Part shown: positions 19,137 through 29,591 of the stretch, piece by piece
How positions within the stretch are numbered: the stretch's first letter is position 1
Layout: each line of letters starts with the position of its first letter
Origin: Escherichia coli
GTDB lineage: Bacteria; Pseudomonadota; Gammaproteobacteria; Enterobacterales; Enterobacteriaceae
Length of the DNA: 64,000 nucleotides
Reading direction: 5' to 3' (one strand)
NCBI RefSeq assembly: GCF_024298765.1
Contig: NZ_CP101210.1
The notes under the pieces: generated by a model
Seen by the model: only the letters and a program-made list of their open reading frames with translations
The model's database searches: none
What the model was told of the DNA's origin: nothing
Program-made: the position numbers and the translations under genes

Positions 19137-19263
19137 CCAGTAGTGTTGAGAAAACCATCGGAGAAATGAGGCTAAGCCTTTGAATTTACATAGTACAAAA
19201 AAGATACTTTTCCTCATAATGTGAGCTAATTTTATGTTTCGTTTGATGATTGGACCGGTCTCG

Positions 19264-19321
19264 AAAACCGTAGACACATAGTATGCGTTAATTTATGAAC
19301 AAACTACTTGTCTGCTGTTTT
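19264..19321. repeat. Hairpin module copy B (13-bp stem, 32-nt loop) upstream of the methylase gene
   Basis: aaaaccgtagaca (19264-19276) pairs with tgtctgctgtttt (19309-19321), with one mismatch and one G.T. Both arms and part of the loop (gtatgc) are homologous to copy A. Confidence 0.55.
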
Positions 19322-19478
19322 TCTGTCATTAGTCGTATATAGAATGATTCTCTATGCCTAACAAAGCATCACCAGTGCTAGATTACGTTGTAGTCACTGT
19401 TTAAATATCCAGATAAAACATTTCCTTCTGGGTTGAATGAGTGATAAAGTTTCACCCATTAGACCCCTTGGAGGAATT

Positions 19479-20912
19479 ATGTCTGAATTTGAAGTGTTGG
19501 CACAGCATCTGCTGAAGGAAGCCGAGGCGGAAGAAAAGCTGCGACAGGAAAATGATAAAAAGCTTATCGAGAAAGTGCTGGAAATCTATGATCAGAAGTA
19601 TGTGGCTGAATTACTGAGAAAAGTCGGAAAAAATGAGTGGAGCCGTGAAACCATTAACCGCTGGATTAATGGCAAGTGTTTACCAAAATCGTTGACTTCA
19701 GTAGAAGAGTCTCTTCTGCGTAAGATGCTACCAGAACCACCTGCAAACCATCCGGAATATGCTTTCCGCTTCATTGACTTATTTGCTGGAATTGGAGGGA
19801 TACGGAAAGGTTTTGAGGCCATTGGAGGCCAGTGTGTTTTTACCAGTGAATGGAATAAAGATGCTGTGCGTACATACAAGGCCAACTGGTTTAACGATGA
19901 ACAGGTGCATAAATTCAATCTCGATATTCGGGAAGTCACGCTGAGTGATAAAACCGATGTATTGGAAACGGATGCTTATGCATATATTGATGAGCATGTG
20001 CCGGATCATGATGTGCTTCTTGCGGGGTTCCCGTGCCAGCCATTTAGCCTTGCTGGTGTTAGTAAGAAAAACTCACTTGGTCGTGCGCATGGTTTTGAAT
20101 GTGAAGCACAAGGAACACTTTTTTTTGACGTGGCACGTATTATACGAGCAAAAAAACCGGCAATTTTTGTGCTGGAAAATGTCAAAAATCTGAAGAGCCA
20201 TGATAAGGGTAAAACTTTCAAAGTCATTATGGAGACCCTTGACGAGCTGGGCTACGAAGTTGCCGATGCTGCAGAAATGGGAAAAAACGATCCAAAGATT
20301 ATCGATGGGAAGCATTTTTTGCCTCAGCATCGTGAACGCATTGTTCTGGTCGGATTTAGACGAGATCTGAATATTCACAAGGGGTTTACCTTGCGTGATA
20401 TCAGTCGTTTTTATCCGGAACACCGCCCATCATTTGGTGAATTGCTGGAGCCTGTAGTCGACAGTAAATATATACTTACGCCAAAACTATGGGAGTACCT
20501 TTATAACTACGCCAAAAAGCATGCAGCCAAGGGGAATGGTTTTGGCTTTGGGTTGGTCAATCCTGAGAATAAGGAAAGCATTGCACGCACACTTTCTGCC
20601 AGATATCACAAAGACGGATCAGAAATTCTTATTGATCGTGGTTGGGATATGGCAACGGGAGAGGCTGACTTTATGAATGAGAGTAATCAGGCTCGTCGAC
20701 CACGCAGGCTGACTCCCCGAGAGTGCGCACGCCTTATGGGATTTGAAAAACCTGGAGGGAAACCATTCCGTATTCCGGTTTCAGATACTCAGTCATATCG
20801 GCAGTTCGGTAACTCAGTTGTGGTGCCAGTATTTGAAGCTGTTGCCAGACTTCTGGAACCCTATATCCTCAAAGCTGTTTCTGCTGATGCTGGTAAGACT
20901 GGGCAGCCTTGA
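19479..20912 (+). CDS. ecoRIIM: DNA (cytosine-5) methyltransferase, EcoRII/Dcm type (CCWGG)
   Basis: 477 aa from ATG 19479 (GGAGG upstream). Motifs [15 protein letters not shown] (I), GFPCQPFS (IV), ENVKNL (VI) and QFGNSVVVP (X) are present. Near-colinear with M.EcoRII and K-12 Dcm as I remember them. Confidence 0.9.
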   Translation: MSEFEVLAQHLLKEAEAEEKLRQENDKKLIEKVLEIYDQKYVAELLRKVGKNEWSRETINRWINGKCLPKSLTSVEESLLRKMLPEPPANHPEYAFRFIDLFAGIGGIRKGFEAIGGQCVFTSEWNKDAVRTYKANWFNDEQVHKFNLDIREVTLSDKTDVLETDAYAYIDEHVPDHDVLLAGFPCQPFSLAGVSKKNSLGRAHGFECEAQGTLFFDVARIIRAKKPAIFVLENVKNLKSHDKGKTFKVIMETLDELGYEVADAAEMGKNDPKIIDGKHFLPQHRERIVLVGFRRDLNIHKGFTLRDISRFYPEHRPSFGELLEPVVDSKYILTPKLWEYLYNYAKKHAAKGNGFGFGLVNPENKESIARTLSARYHKDGSEILIDRGWDMATGEADFMNESNQARRPRRLTPRECARLMGFEKPGGKPFRIPVSDTQSYRQFGNSVVVPVFEAVARLLEPYILKAVSADAGKTGQP

Positions 20913-20918
20913 GAACAT

Positions 20919-20941
20919 CTCCCGGCCTTTTAAGCCGGGAG
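20919..20941. other. 8-bp-stem hairpin between the convergent methylase and endonuclease genes
   Basis: ctcccggc cttttaa gccgggag. There is no U-run on either strand, so it is not a canonical intrinsic terminator. Confidence 0.4.
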
Positions 20942-20946
20942 TCAGC

Positions 20947-22155
20947 CTATGATAGTTCAGCGTAAAGCTCTATCAGCTCAGTAATGAATGCTCCGAGCGT
21001 TATTAATTCTTCTCTAACTGCTTCTGGGTATTTTTTATGTAAAGTTGATGGTACAACGAGTCTGACACCCGCATCTTTCATTTCTCGGTATTGTGCTGAA
21101 GAAACACCTTCTTGCAGTGTAAATAAATGTACCTGATGGATTTTATCTGCTTCATTCAGTATCTGACGCCAGCGATCTTTGCAGGTGGTCTTTACTGCCA
21201 GCATACGTAAGTTTTCTACAGGAAATTCAACGTTATGATATGCCTCTGCTGAAGGAAACAGGAAATCTGGTTTTTTATTACCTTCAGTAACTGCCTGAGT
21301 GGAGAAATGCCGTAGTCCGTGCTCGATAAAAAGCTTCTCTAGGTGAAGTTCAAGTGATTTGCCTGCCCTTGATTTACGTCGATTACTGACAGAGTTGGCT
21401 AATGCAATAAACTCATCTACAGAATCGAATCCTTTCTTAATAATATCAAGAACATGTAATTCCTCGACGAGTAGAAAAATATCATACTCGACACGCCGAC
21501 GGTCAATCAGTTGCTCATCTGGATCCTTGGAGTTTTTAGCATAATGGCCAGCAGCATATTGAATAATTTCGTTTCCAGAAGGAAAACGCTTCTTCCAGTC
21601 TTCAGGAATAACATATTTATGATTTACTGGAGTTTGCTGAAGAGACAATCCGCCCAAAATTTGTCCGGCAGGGCCGGAAATTAGGGTTCCAGGTATGATT
21701 TCGCCAATAGCAGACTCGATGATATCCTCTTCATCGGGATTGACGCAGACCCATATATCTACCTCGGAACAGTCAGTGTTCTGTTCGTTTAACCTGAAAG
21801 CAAGAATTGTGAGGGCTCCTGTATTTTCAGGGTTCTGTAATGGACTTCCTCTCCCCCAGCGCGTAATTCTTTTTTCGTTTCGGGTCTTACCAAAATAACG
21901 GTTGTTGTAATAAATTGCGCGTGCTTGGGTATCAGGGCAATCATGGGATGATACATGCGCAGTAAGGAAGACTGAAGGGTTCAGTTCGCGAGTATGATTG
22001 ATAGATGGAAAAAGCTTTTCAACGATATTTGAGGGGATATAAAGTCCGACCTGATGGCCACCTGTTGCGCCTGTGTCGTTTGCAGAAAGGCGTTTGATGT
22101 AGATAAAGTAATTCCCGCTTGCGATATCAAGCAGCCAGTTATGAAAAACCGACAT
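20947..22155 (-). CDS. ecoRIIR: Type IIE restriction endonuclease EcoRII
   Basis: Lies in ORF 20947..22161. I prefer the second ATG (22155, MSVFHNWLL...), which has AAGGGA correctly spaced. The sequence follows remembered R.EcoRII almost throughout: N-terminal effector domain YIKRLSANDTGATGGHQVGLYIP and the C-terminal PD-(D/E)XK part. Confidence 0.9.
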   Translation of the reverse strand: MSVFHNWLLDIASGNYFIYIKRLSANDTGATGGHQVGLYIPSNIVEKLFPSINHTRELNPSVFLTAHVSSHDCPDTQARAIYYNNRYFGKTRNEKRITRWGRGSPLQNPENTGALTILAFRLNEQNTDCSEVDIWVCVNPDEEDIIESAIGEIIPGTLISGPAGQILGGLSLQQTPVNHKYVIPEDWKKRFPSGNEIIQYAAGHYAKNSKDPDEQLIDRRRVEYDIFLLVEELHVLDIIKKGFDSVDEFIALANSVSNRRKSRAGKSLELHLEKLFIEHGLRHFSTQAVTEGNKKPDFLFPSAEAYHNVEFPVENLRMLAVKTTCKDRWRQILNEADKIHQVHLFTLQEGVSSAQYREMKDAGVRLVVPSTLHKKYPEAVREELITLGAFITELIELYAELS

Positions 22156-22230
22156 ATACATCCCTTTGTTAACATACAGTCAGGGTTAACATTTTTCCAT
22201 AGTTATAGATAAGCGGCTAGGAACTTAAGG

Positions 22231-22264
22231 GAAAAACAAAAAGCCCGCATAAGCGGGCTTTTGT
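22231..22264. terminator. Rho-independent terminator (strong on the minus strand, downstream of ssrA; weaker on plus)
   Basis: aagcccgc ataa gcgggctt is flanked by an A-rich run on one side and a T run on the other. On the minus strand the stem is followed by tttttgttttt. Confidence 0.75.
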
Positions 22265-22389
22265 GTCACTCGAGAGCCGCGGCTCCTTTGCGTATCCTTT
22301 TTTATCTCCTCACCGTCTGGTCGGTGTCCTGCTGAGACTGCTAACTTCCTGTTTTTGTTGGTGTTGTCCTTACACCGTCCAATCATGAT

Positions 22390-22752
22390 TGGTGGAGCTG
22401 GCGGGAGTTGAACCCGCGTCCGAAATTCCTACATCCTCGGTACTACATGCTTAGTCAGTCTTTACATTCGCTTGCCAGCTGCGGACGGACACGCCACTAA
22501 CAAACTAGCCTGATTAAGTTTTAACGCTTCAACCCCAGGCAGGGCTTCCACGCGATCTCTTTTGGGTTTGACCTCTCTTGATCCCCGTCCTAAGAGCGGA
22601 GGCTAGGGAGAGAGGGCTCTAAGCAGGTTATTAAGCTGCTAAAGCGTAGTTTTCGTCGTTTGCGACTATTTTTTGCGGCTTTTTACGAGGCCAACCGCCC
22701 CTCGGCATGCACCTTGGGTTTCGCAAATCCCGTCGAATCCAGAATCAGCCCC
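22390..22752 (-). ncRNA. ssrA: tmRNA (SsrA / 10Sa RNA), complete, 363 nt
   Basis: The reverse complement starts GGGGCTGATTCTGGATTCGACGGGATTTGCG and ends GGGTTCAACTCCCGCCAGCTCCACCA. The tag reading frame at 22631-22663 encodes ANDENYALAA followed by a stop. Confidence 0.98.
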
Positions 22753-22966
22753 AATGTGTAACGGTAAGTATACCAGATTCATGAGTGCCATGACCAGCCT
22801 CAATGGCGTTATCGTTAAAGATTTAGCACCCATGTAGCCTGATTTTTATTCGATTAAGCAATGGGATGGCAACATTTGGGTCGGATGTGATAGCCAATAA
22901 GATGTGCATTCGCGCCGCCGGAGAGGGAGGCGCGGTGAGGAGCGGATCAATAATTGCAGTGCAGGT

Positions 22967-23449
22967 TTAACGGTGGGCGTTTTTCATGATACGCGCTTTA
23001 TCCACCTGCCATTCGCGTTCTTTGATATCTGAACGTTTATCATGCTGTTTCTTACCTTTGGCGACGCCGATTTTCACTTTGCACCAGGCATTTTTCCAGT
23101 ACAGGGAGAGCGCCACTACGGTATAGCCTTCTCGATTGACGCGACCGTACAATGAGTCCAGTTCGCGCTGGTTGAGAAGTAACTTGCGGGTACGGGTAGG
23201 ATCGCACACCACATGCGTGGAGGCCACAGCCATTGGCGTGATGTTAGCGCCAAACAGAAATGCCTCTCCGTCACGCAGAAGGACGTAGCTGTCGCTGATA
23301 TTGGCTTTTCCTGCACGCAGGGATTTAACCTCCCAGCCTTGCAGGGCAAGTCCCGCCTCGAACTCTTCTTCGATAAAGTATTCGTGCCGGGCGCGCTTGT
23401 TAAGCGCGATGGTCGCTGAACCAGGTTTATGTGCTTTTTTCTTCGTCAT
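22967..23449 (-). CDS. smpB: SsrA-binding protein SmpB
   Basis: 160 aa, matching E. coli SmpB ([29 protein letters not shown]...) and adjacent to ssrA. Confidence 0.97.
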
Positions 23450-23580
23450 AAGCGTCGTGAATCATCGGTAATCTGAAATCGAAAACACCCCATATCAATC
23501 CTGCGGGGGACAAGGCTCTATCTTAGCATGAACCCGATGTTACCCAGCGCCGGGATAGCGTTTTTTTTACAGCAGGATAA

Positions 23581-24057
23581 ATGATATTATTTGTTGGATT
23601 TTTGTTGATGGAAATTGTTATGCCTCAGATTAGCCGGACCGCACTGGTACCCTACAGCGCGGAGCAAATGTATCAGTTAGTGAATGACGTTCAGTCTTAT
23701 CCTCAGTTTTTGCCGGGTTGTACCGGAAGTCGGATTCTGGAGTCCACTCCTGGGCAGATGACTGCGGCGGTAGATGTCTCTAAGGCTGGGATCAGCAAAA
23801 CGTTTACTACCCGCAACCAGTTGACCAGTAACCAAAGTATTCTTATGAATCTGGTGGATGGGCCGTTCAAGAAATTGATCGGTGGATGGAAGTTTACGCC
23901 GCTGAGTCAGGAGGCGTGCCGTATCGAGTTTCATCTCGATTTTGAGTTTACCAATAAGTTGATTGAACTCGCCTTTGGCCGCGTGTTTAAAGAACTGGCG
24001 GCTAATATGGTCCAGGCTTTTACGGTTCGTGCGAAAGAGGTTTACAGTGCCAGGTAA
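23581..24057 (+). CDS. ratA: Ribosome association toxin RatA (PasT, YfjG), SRPBCC/START-like
   Basis: Matches K-12 YfjG as remembered. A downstream start at MPQISRT is possible. Confidence 0.85.
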   Translation: MILFVGFLLMEIVMPQISRTALVPYSAEQMYQLVNDVQSYPQFLPGCTGSRILESTPGQMTAAVDVSKAGISKTFTTRNQLTSNQSILMNLVDGPFKKLIGGWKFTPLSQEACRIEFHLDFEFTNKLIELAFGRVFKELAANMVQAFTVRAKEVYSAR

Positions 24058-24337
24058 AATTGCCGTTGAGGTGGCTTATGCGCTACCTGAGAAGCAGTAC
24101 CTGCAGCGTGTGACGCTGCAGGAGGGTGCGACGGTTGAAGAAGCTATTCGCGCCAGTGGCTTGCTGGAATTGCGTACCGATATCGATTTAACTAAAAACA
24201 AAGTCGGCATTTATAGCCGTCCGGCAAAACTGAGCGATAGTGTGCATGATGGCGATCGGGTGGAGATTTATCGCCCTCTCATTGCCGATCCGAAAGAGCT
24301 GCGCAGGCAACGAGCAGAAAAATCAGCGAATAAATAA
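24047..24337 (+). CDS. ratB: RatB (YfjF), UPF0125 / RnfH family
   Basis: The GTG at 24047 overlaps the ratA end. The 96-aa product [26 protein letters not shown]... matches K-12 YfjF. The ORF-track start 23963 is an upstream extension. Confidence 0.75.
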
Positions 24338-24344
24338 CAGACAG

Positions 24345-24373
24345 AAAAAAGGTGCTCATTGAGCACCTTTTTT
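24345..24373. terminator. Bidirectional terminator between ratB and bamE
   Basis: aaaaaa ggtgctc att gagcacc tttttt. Confidence 0.8.
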
Positions 24374-24398
24374 AACGTCTTTGAGAGCAACTTTATGA

Positions 24399-24740
24399 TT
24401 AGTTACCACTCAGCGCAGGTTTATTATCAATATTGGTCAACACCCCGCTACTATTAAAGGTCAGCGTCAGCGTTTGCTGCGTTACACCTTCATGACCTGG
24501 TTGCTGGCGGAAGACATAGAACCAGGTATTCGTACCAAATGGATCGGACATCAGCGGTGTACCCAATGCGTACGCAACTTGTTGTTGCGTCATGCCAACG
24601 CGTATTTTGGATACGTCGTTAGCGGTCAGATAATTCCCCTGGTTGATGTCAGGACGGTAAACCACTCGCTCCAGAGTGGAACAGCCTGCGGTCAACATCA
24701 ATAGTACTGCTGCTGCAGCAGTCAGCGTTTTACAGCGCAT
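24399..24740 (-). CDS. bamE: Outer membrane protein assembly factor BamE (SmpA) lipoprotein
   Basis: 113 aa with lipobox LTAGCS. Matches K-12. Confidence 0.95.
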
Positions 24741-24888
24741 AGTGATTTGATTCCTTTTCGGGCCCGAGCAGTACGTGGCTCATCTGTAATATGCCGATGA
24801 TAATAGACCTTTCATCACTTTAAAACCTTTTGCTTTCCGGTCTTACGGCGTTTTGCTGTTTACTCTGACCGTGAAGCAGGAAAAAAGT

Positions 24889-26550
24889 TTACGCCGCAAG
24901 CAGTTCTTTCGCATTCGCCAGTGTGTTACGTGTGACTTCACTGCCCCCAAGCAGGCGCGCCAGCTCTTGTAACCGCGCTTTTTTATCCAGGGATTGCATG
25001 TGTGTTTCTGTCATCGCACCATCGGTTTCTTTGCTGACAAAATAGTGTTGATGACCACATCCCGCGACTTGTGGCAGGTGGGTAACACACATCACCTGAG
25101 TTGATTCGCCAAGTTGACGCAGCAGTTTGCCGACAACTGCCGCTGTTGGACCGCTAATCCCTACATCCACTTCATCAAAAATCAGTGCCGGGGTTTCCAT
25201 TTTACGCGCCGTGATGACCTGAATTGCCAATGCGATGCGTGACAATTCACCACCGGATGCGACTTTGGCAATAGGCTGCATTGGCTGACCTGGGTTGGTG
25301 GTTACCCGAAACTCAATACGATCGGCACCGTCAGCGCCCAGGTGATGCTCGTCAAATTTAACATCGATCGTAAACTGCCCATGCGGCATTGAGAGCGCAT
25401 GCATACTGTCGGTGATCAGCAGTGCAAGTTCTTCTGCATACTGCTGGCGTTGCTGGTGTAATGCGCGCGCGGTTTCCAGTGCCTGCTGATGATGTTTCGT
25501 TACCGCCAGCGCGAGCGTTTCTTGTGAGTCGGCCTGATCGTCCAGTTGCTGCTGTTCTTCCAGTAGCGACTGGTAATACTGTGGCAATGCCTCAGGGCTG
25601 ACGTGATGTTTACGTGCCAGCGAAATCTGTTTTGAGATGCGCTGTTCAAGTTCAAACAGTCGGTTGGGATCGAGATCCAGACGATCGCAGTAGTGGCGCA
25701 GTTCATCGCTGGCTTCAGCAATCTGGATGGTAGCTTCTTCCAGCATATCAAGTACGCCGGACAGTTTGCTGTCCATGCCAATCAATTCGCTCACCAGTTG
25801 TTTAGCCGTGTAAAGCTGACTTTGCAGGTTTGCGTCTTCACCGTCGGCCATTACTGCCAATGCATTCTGGCTGGTAGTCAGCAATTGACCGCTGTTCGCC
25901 AGACGTTTGTACTCTTCGTCGATTTGCTCAAACTCTCCGGGCTGCGGATTAAATTCGTTAAGTTCTTTTAATTGGTATTGCAGCAGTTCCGCACGGGCGG
26001 CGCGTTCCTGACTTAACTGTTGATGATGCGCGAGGTCACGGCAGCTTTGATGCCACAACTGATAACGTGCGGTCATTTCCTGGAGCAGAGAGGTTTCATT
26101 GGCATAGCCATCAAGCAGGAATTTTTGGTGCTCGGGTTTGGTGAGTAACTGATGGGCGTGCTGACCATGGATCTGAATCAGCAACTGGCCCAGTTCGCGA
26201 AGTTGTGACAGAGGAACAGCTGTACCGTTGATAAAACCTCGTGAGCGACCATCGCTACTGATTACGCGACGAAGCAAACATTCATGACCGTCTTCAAGCT
26301 GGTTTTCTTCCAGCCAGCGCAGGGCCGCTGGCGTATCTTTCAGAGAAAAACGGGCGCACAGGTCGGCACGAGCAGCGCCGGTACGCACCATGTCGGCTTC
26401 AGCGCGACCACCGAGACAAAGGCCGAGGGCATCTATTGCAATAGATTTACCCGCGCCGGTCTCGCCAGTTATTACGGTCATGCCGCTATGAAAATCAATC
26501 TCAAGCTCACGAACGATAGCAAAGTTGCTGATGGTCAGTTGTGCCAACAT
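24889..26550 (-). CDS. recN: DNA repair protein RecN (SMC-like)
   Basis: 553 aa, with Walker A GETGAGKS, a coiled-coil middle region and an ABC signature near the C-terminus. Confidence 0.97.
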   Translation of the reverse strand: MLAQLTISNFAIVRELEIDFHSGMTVITGETGAGKSIAIDALGLCLGGRAEADMVRTGAARADLCARFSLKDTPAALRWLEENQLEDGHECLLRRVISSDGRSRGFINGTAVPLSQLRELGQLLIQIHGQHAHQLLTKPEHQKFLLDGYANETSLLQEMTARYQLWHQSCRDLAHHQQLSQERAARAELLQYQLKELNEFNPQPGEFEQIDEEYKRLANSGQLLTTSQNALAVMADGEDANLQSQLYTAKQLVSELIGMDSKLSGVLDMLEEATIQIAEASDELRHYCDRLDLDPNRLFELEQRISKQISLARKHHVSPEALPQYYQSLLEEQQQLDDQADSQETLALAVTKHHQQALETARALHQQRQQYAEELALLITDSMHALSMPHGQFTIDVKFDEHHLGADGADRIEFRVTTNPGQPMQPIAKVASGGELSRIALAIQVITARKMETPALIFDEVDVGISGPTAAVVGKLLRQLGESTQVMCVTHLPQVAGCGHQHYFVSKETDGAMTETHMQSLDKKARLQELARLLGGSEVTRNTLANAKELLAA

Positions 26551-26576
26551 AGTTGTTTTCCTGTATGAAAAACCAT

Positions 26577-26618
26577 TACTGTTATTGTGTACAGTATAAA
26601 CTGGTTTTATATACAGTA
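26577..26618 (-). promoter_or_regulatory. Tandem LexA (SOS) boxes in the recN promoter
   Basis: tactgttattgtgtacagta (26577-26596) and aactggttttatatacagta (26599-26618) both fit CTGT-N8-ACAG. Confidence 0.8.
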
Positions 26619-26635
26619 AAGAGGCTGGCGTAAAA

Positions 26636-27514
26636 TTAGAATAATTTTTTTGACCAGCCGAGCTTGGTGCTTAATGTATTGAAATAACTGTAATCTTTCG
26701 GATGAATCAGATTCAGATGGTAATCACAGCGACGAATCAGGACATCTTCACCTTCCTGAATCGGCAGTGCTATCTGGCTGTCGCAACTGATTTCCAGGTC
26801 GTTACGGCGATGCGAAAAACGCAGACGGATCGTGCTGCTGCTGTTTATCACCAGTGGTCGTGCTGACAACGTATGCGGGAACATGGGCACCAGGGTAATC
26901 GCATCCAGAGAGGGGGTCAGAATAGGACCGCCCGCAGAGAGGGAATAGGCGGTGGAGCCTGTTGGCGTCGAAATAATCAGTCCATCGGAACGCTGAGAAA
27001 ACGCAAAGATCTCGTCGATATACACTTCGAACTCAATCATATGCGCCACTTTGCCAGGATGAAGTACCACTTCGTTAATCGCGGTGCTGATGCGTTTCTG
27101 GCAATCTTGCTGACAAACTTGCGCTTCCAGCAAAAAACGTTTCTCGCTGATGTAGTGGCCTTCCAGCACATCGGCTAATTGTTGCTGGGCGTTATCGGGG
27201 TCAAGGTCAGTCAGGAAACCCAGGTTGCCACGGTTGATTCCAATAACTTTAATATCGTAACGGGCGAGTGTGCGCGCCGCGCCCAGCATATTACCGTCGC
27301 CACCAACGACTACCGCGAGATCAGCCAGTTGCCCAATCTCCGCGAGCGTGCCAGTCTTCACATTCTTCAGTTGCAGTTCGTGAGCGATTTGCTGCTCAAC
27401 GATGACCTCGTAACCTTTTGTGCACAGCCAGCGGTAGAGCATTTCATGTGTTGTCAGTGCAGTGGGGTGCCGTGGGTGTCCCACAATGCCAATACACTTG
27501 AAATGATTATTCAT
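26636..27514 (-). CDS. nadK: NAD kinase
   Basis: 292 aa with the GGDG motif ([14 protein letters not shown]). Matches K-12 NadK/YfjB. Confidence 0.95.
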
Positions 27515-27562
27515 TTTTCCGAGGTCCTTGTTGCGAAGATTGATGACAATGTGAGTGCTTCC

Positions 27563-27590
27563 CTTGAAACCCTGAAACTGATCCCCATAA
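27563..27590 (+). promoter_or_regulatory. Sigma32 heat-shock promoter of grpE
   Basis: CTTGAAA (27563-27569), a 13-nt spacer, then CCCCATAA (27583-27590). Fits the sigma32 consensus CTTGAAA / CCCCATNT. Confidence 0.7.
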
Positions 27591-27603
27591 TAAGCGAAGT
27601 TAG

Positions 27604-28230
<627 letters not shown>

Positions 28231-28251
28231 TTTCTGTTTTCGTAATAATTC

Positions 28252-28282
28252 ACGGCCCTGCATGCGAATGCAGGGCCGTTTT
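28252..28282. terminator. Bidirectional terminator between grpE and yfjD
   Basis: acggccctgcat gcga atgcagggccgt followed by ttt. Confidence 0.75.
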
Positions 28283-28284
28283 CG

Positions 28285-29571
28285 TTACTCCGCCACACTC
28301 TCGCGCAGCGGTTTTACAGGAAAAACTTTTACCTGCTTAATCATATTGTCCTGTACGTCGAGAATATCGATATCGTACTCGCCAATACGCACGCGGGTGC
28401 CTGCGACAGGGATCTCTTCCAGTGCCTCAAGAATGACGCCATTAACCGTGCGGGCATCATCTTCCGGTAGATGCCAGTTAAAGGCTTTGTTGATTTCTCG
28501 CACGTTGGCGGTGCCATCGATAATCACCGAACCGTCGTTTTGCGGCGTGACCTCTTCGGCAAGTGTTGGCGACATCGAGGTAGTGAAATCGCCGACAATC
28601 TCTTCCAGAATATCTTCAACCGTCACCAGCCCCTGAATGTCTCCATATTCGTTGACGACCAGGCCGACTTTCTTTTTGTTGCGCTGAAACTTGACCAGCT
28701 GTGTGCTGAGCGGCGTACCCTCCGGGACAAAATAGATCTCGTCCGCGGCGCGTAGCATGGTTTCTTTGGTGAACTCTTTTTTCTCCGACATGAGTCGCCA
28801 GGCTTCACGCACACGCAGCATACTGATGGCGTCGTCCAGCGAATCACGGTAGAGCACGATGCGCCCGTGAGGTGAGTGGGAGAGTTGGCGCAGAATCGAT
28901 TTCCAGTCATCGTTGATATCAATACCGATAATTTCACTTCGCGGCACCATGATGTCATCGACGGTCATCTTTTCCAGATCGAGCACCGACAGCAGCATAT
29001 CCTGATTGCGACGGGAAATTTGTGAGCGTGATTCGTGCACGATAGTACGCAACTCTTCTTTGCTCAAAGAGCCGCTAACCACGATATCGGTTTTGATGCC
29101 CATCATGCGCATTAACATGCGGGTAATAGCATTCAGCAACCAGACCAGCGGCATCATCAAAATTTGCAGCGGAGCCAGTAAAAAACTACTCGGATAAGCG
29201 ACTTTTTCCGGGTACAGCGCGGCAATGGTTTTCGGCAATACCTCAGCAAAAACCAGCACGACAAAAGTCAGCACACCAGTCGCAATTGCCACGCCCGCAT
29301 CGCCGTACAAACGCATCCCAACAATAGTGCCGAGCGCGGAGGCAAGAATATTGACCAGGTTATTGCCGATTAACACCAGGCTTATCAGGCGGTCTGGCTT
29401 ACGCAGCAATTTTTCGACGCGTTTGGCCGAGCGATTACCCTGTTTCGCCATATGTCGAAGACGATAGCGGTTGAGAGTCATCATTCCGGTTTCGGACCCG
29501 GAAAAATAGGCTGAAATGACCACCATGATGATCAGAATAATGATCAACGTAGTAGTAGAAATGTGTTCCAG
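28285..29571 (-). CDS. yfjD: CNNM/CorB-type inner membrane protein with CBS pair and CorC_HlyC domain (YfjD)
   Basis: The ORF-track start 29547 is a TTG inside the first TM helix. The frame stays open upstream (LEHISTTTL), and I recall the K-12 protein as 428 aa starting MEHISTTTLIIILII, implying a non-ATG (CTG) start at 29571. This start is less certain than the body of the gene. Confidence 0.8.
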   Translation of the reverse strand: MEHISTTTLIIILIIMVVISAYFSGSETGMMTLNRYRLRHMAKQGNRSAKRVEKLLRKPDRLISLVLIGNNLVNILASALGTIVGMRLYGDAGVAIATGVLTFVVLVFAEVLPKTIAALYPEKVAYPSSFLLAPLQILMMPLVWLLNAITRMLMRMMGIKTDIVVSGSLSKEELRTIVHESRSQISRRNQDMLLSVLDLEKMTVDDIMVPRSEIIGIDINDDWKSILRQLSHSPHGRIVLYRDSLDDAISMLRVREAWRLMSEKKEFTKETMLRAADEIYFVPEGTPLSTQLVKFQRNKKKVGLVVNEYGDIQGLVTVEDILEEIVGDFTTSMSPTLAEEVTPQNDGSVIIDGTANVREINKAFNWHLPEDDARTVNGVILEALEEIPVAGTRVRIGEYDIDILDVQDNMIKQVKVFPVKPLRESVAE

Positions 29572-29591
29572 GGGAAACTCCTTTTCTGGGT

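Noticed and set aside
19262-19272. An 11-nt match (tctcgaaaacc) to the outer half of the left invertase crossover site, in the GIY-YIG/methylase intergenic region
   Set aside because: Only one half-site is present. The sequence after the would-be core (agacacatagta) does not resemble the second half-site, so it is unlikely to be a functional Pin substrate. The match overlaps arm 1 of hairpin copy B, which explains it better. It may be worth revisiting if unexpected inversions or deletions between 15.7 and 19.3 kb are seen in reads.
22225-22386. 53-codon minus-strand ORF starting 4 nt after the ssrA 3-prime end
   Set aside because: It has no SD and reads straight through the strong terminator hairpin at 22231-22264. 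The composition is unremarkable and it is most likely non-coding att-flank DNA.
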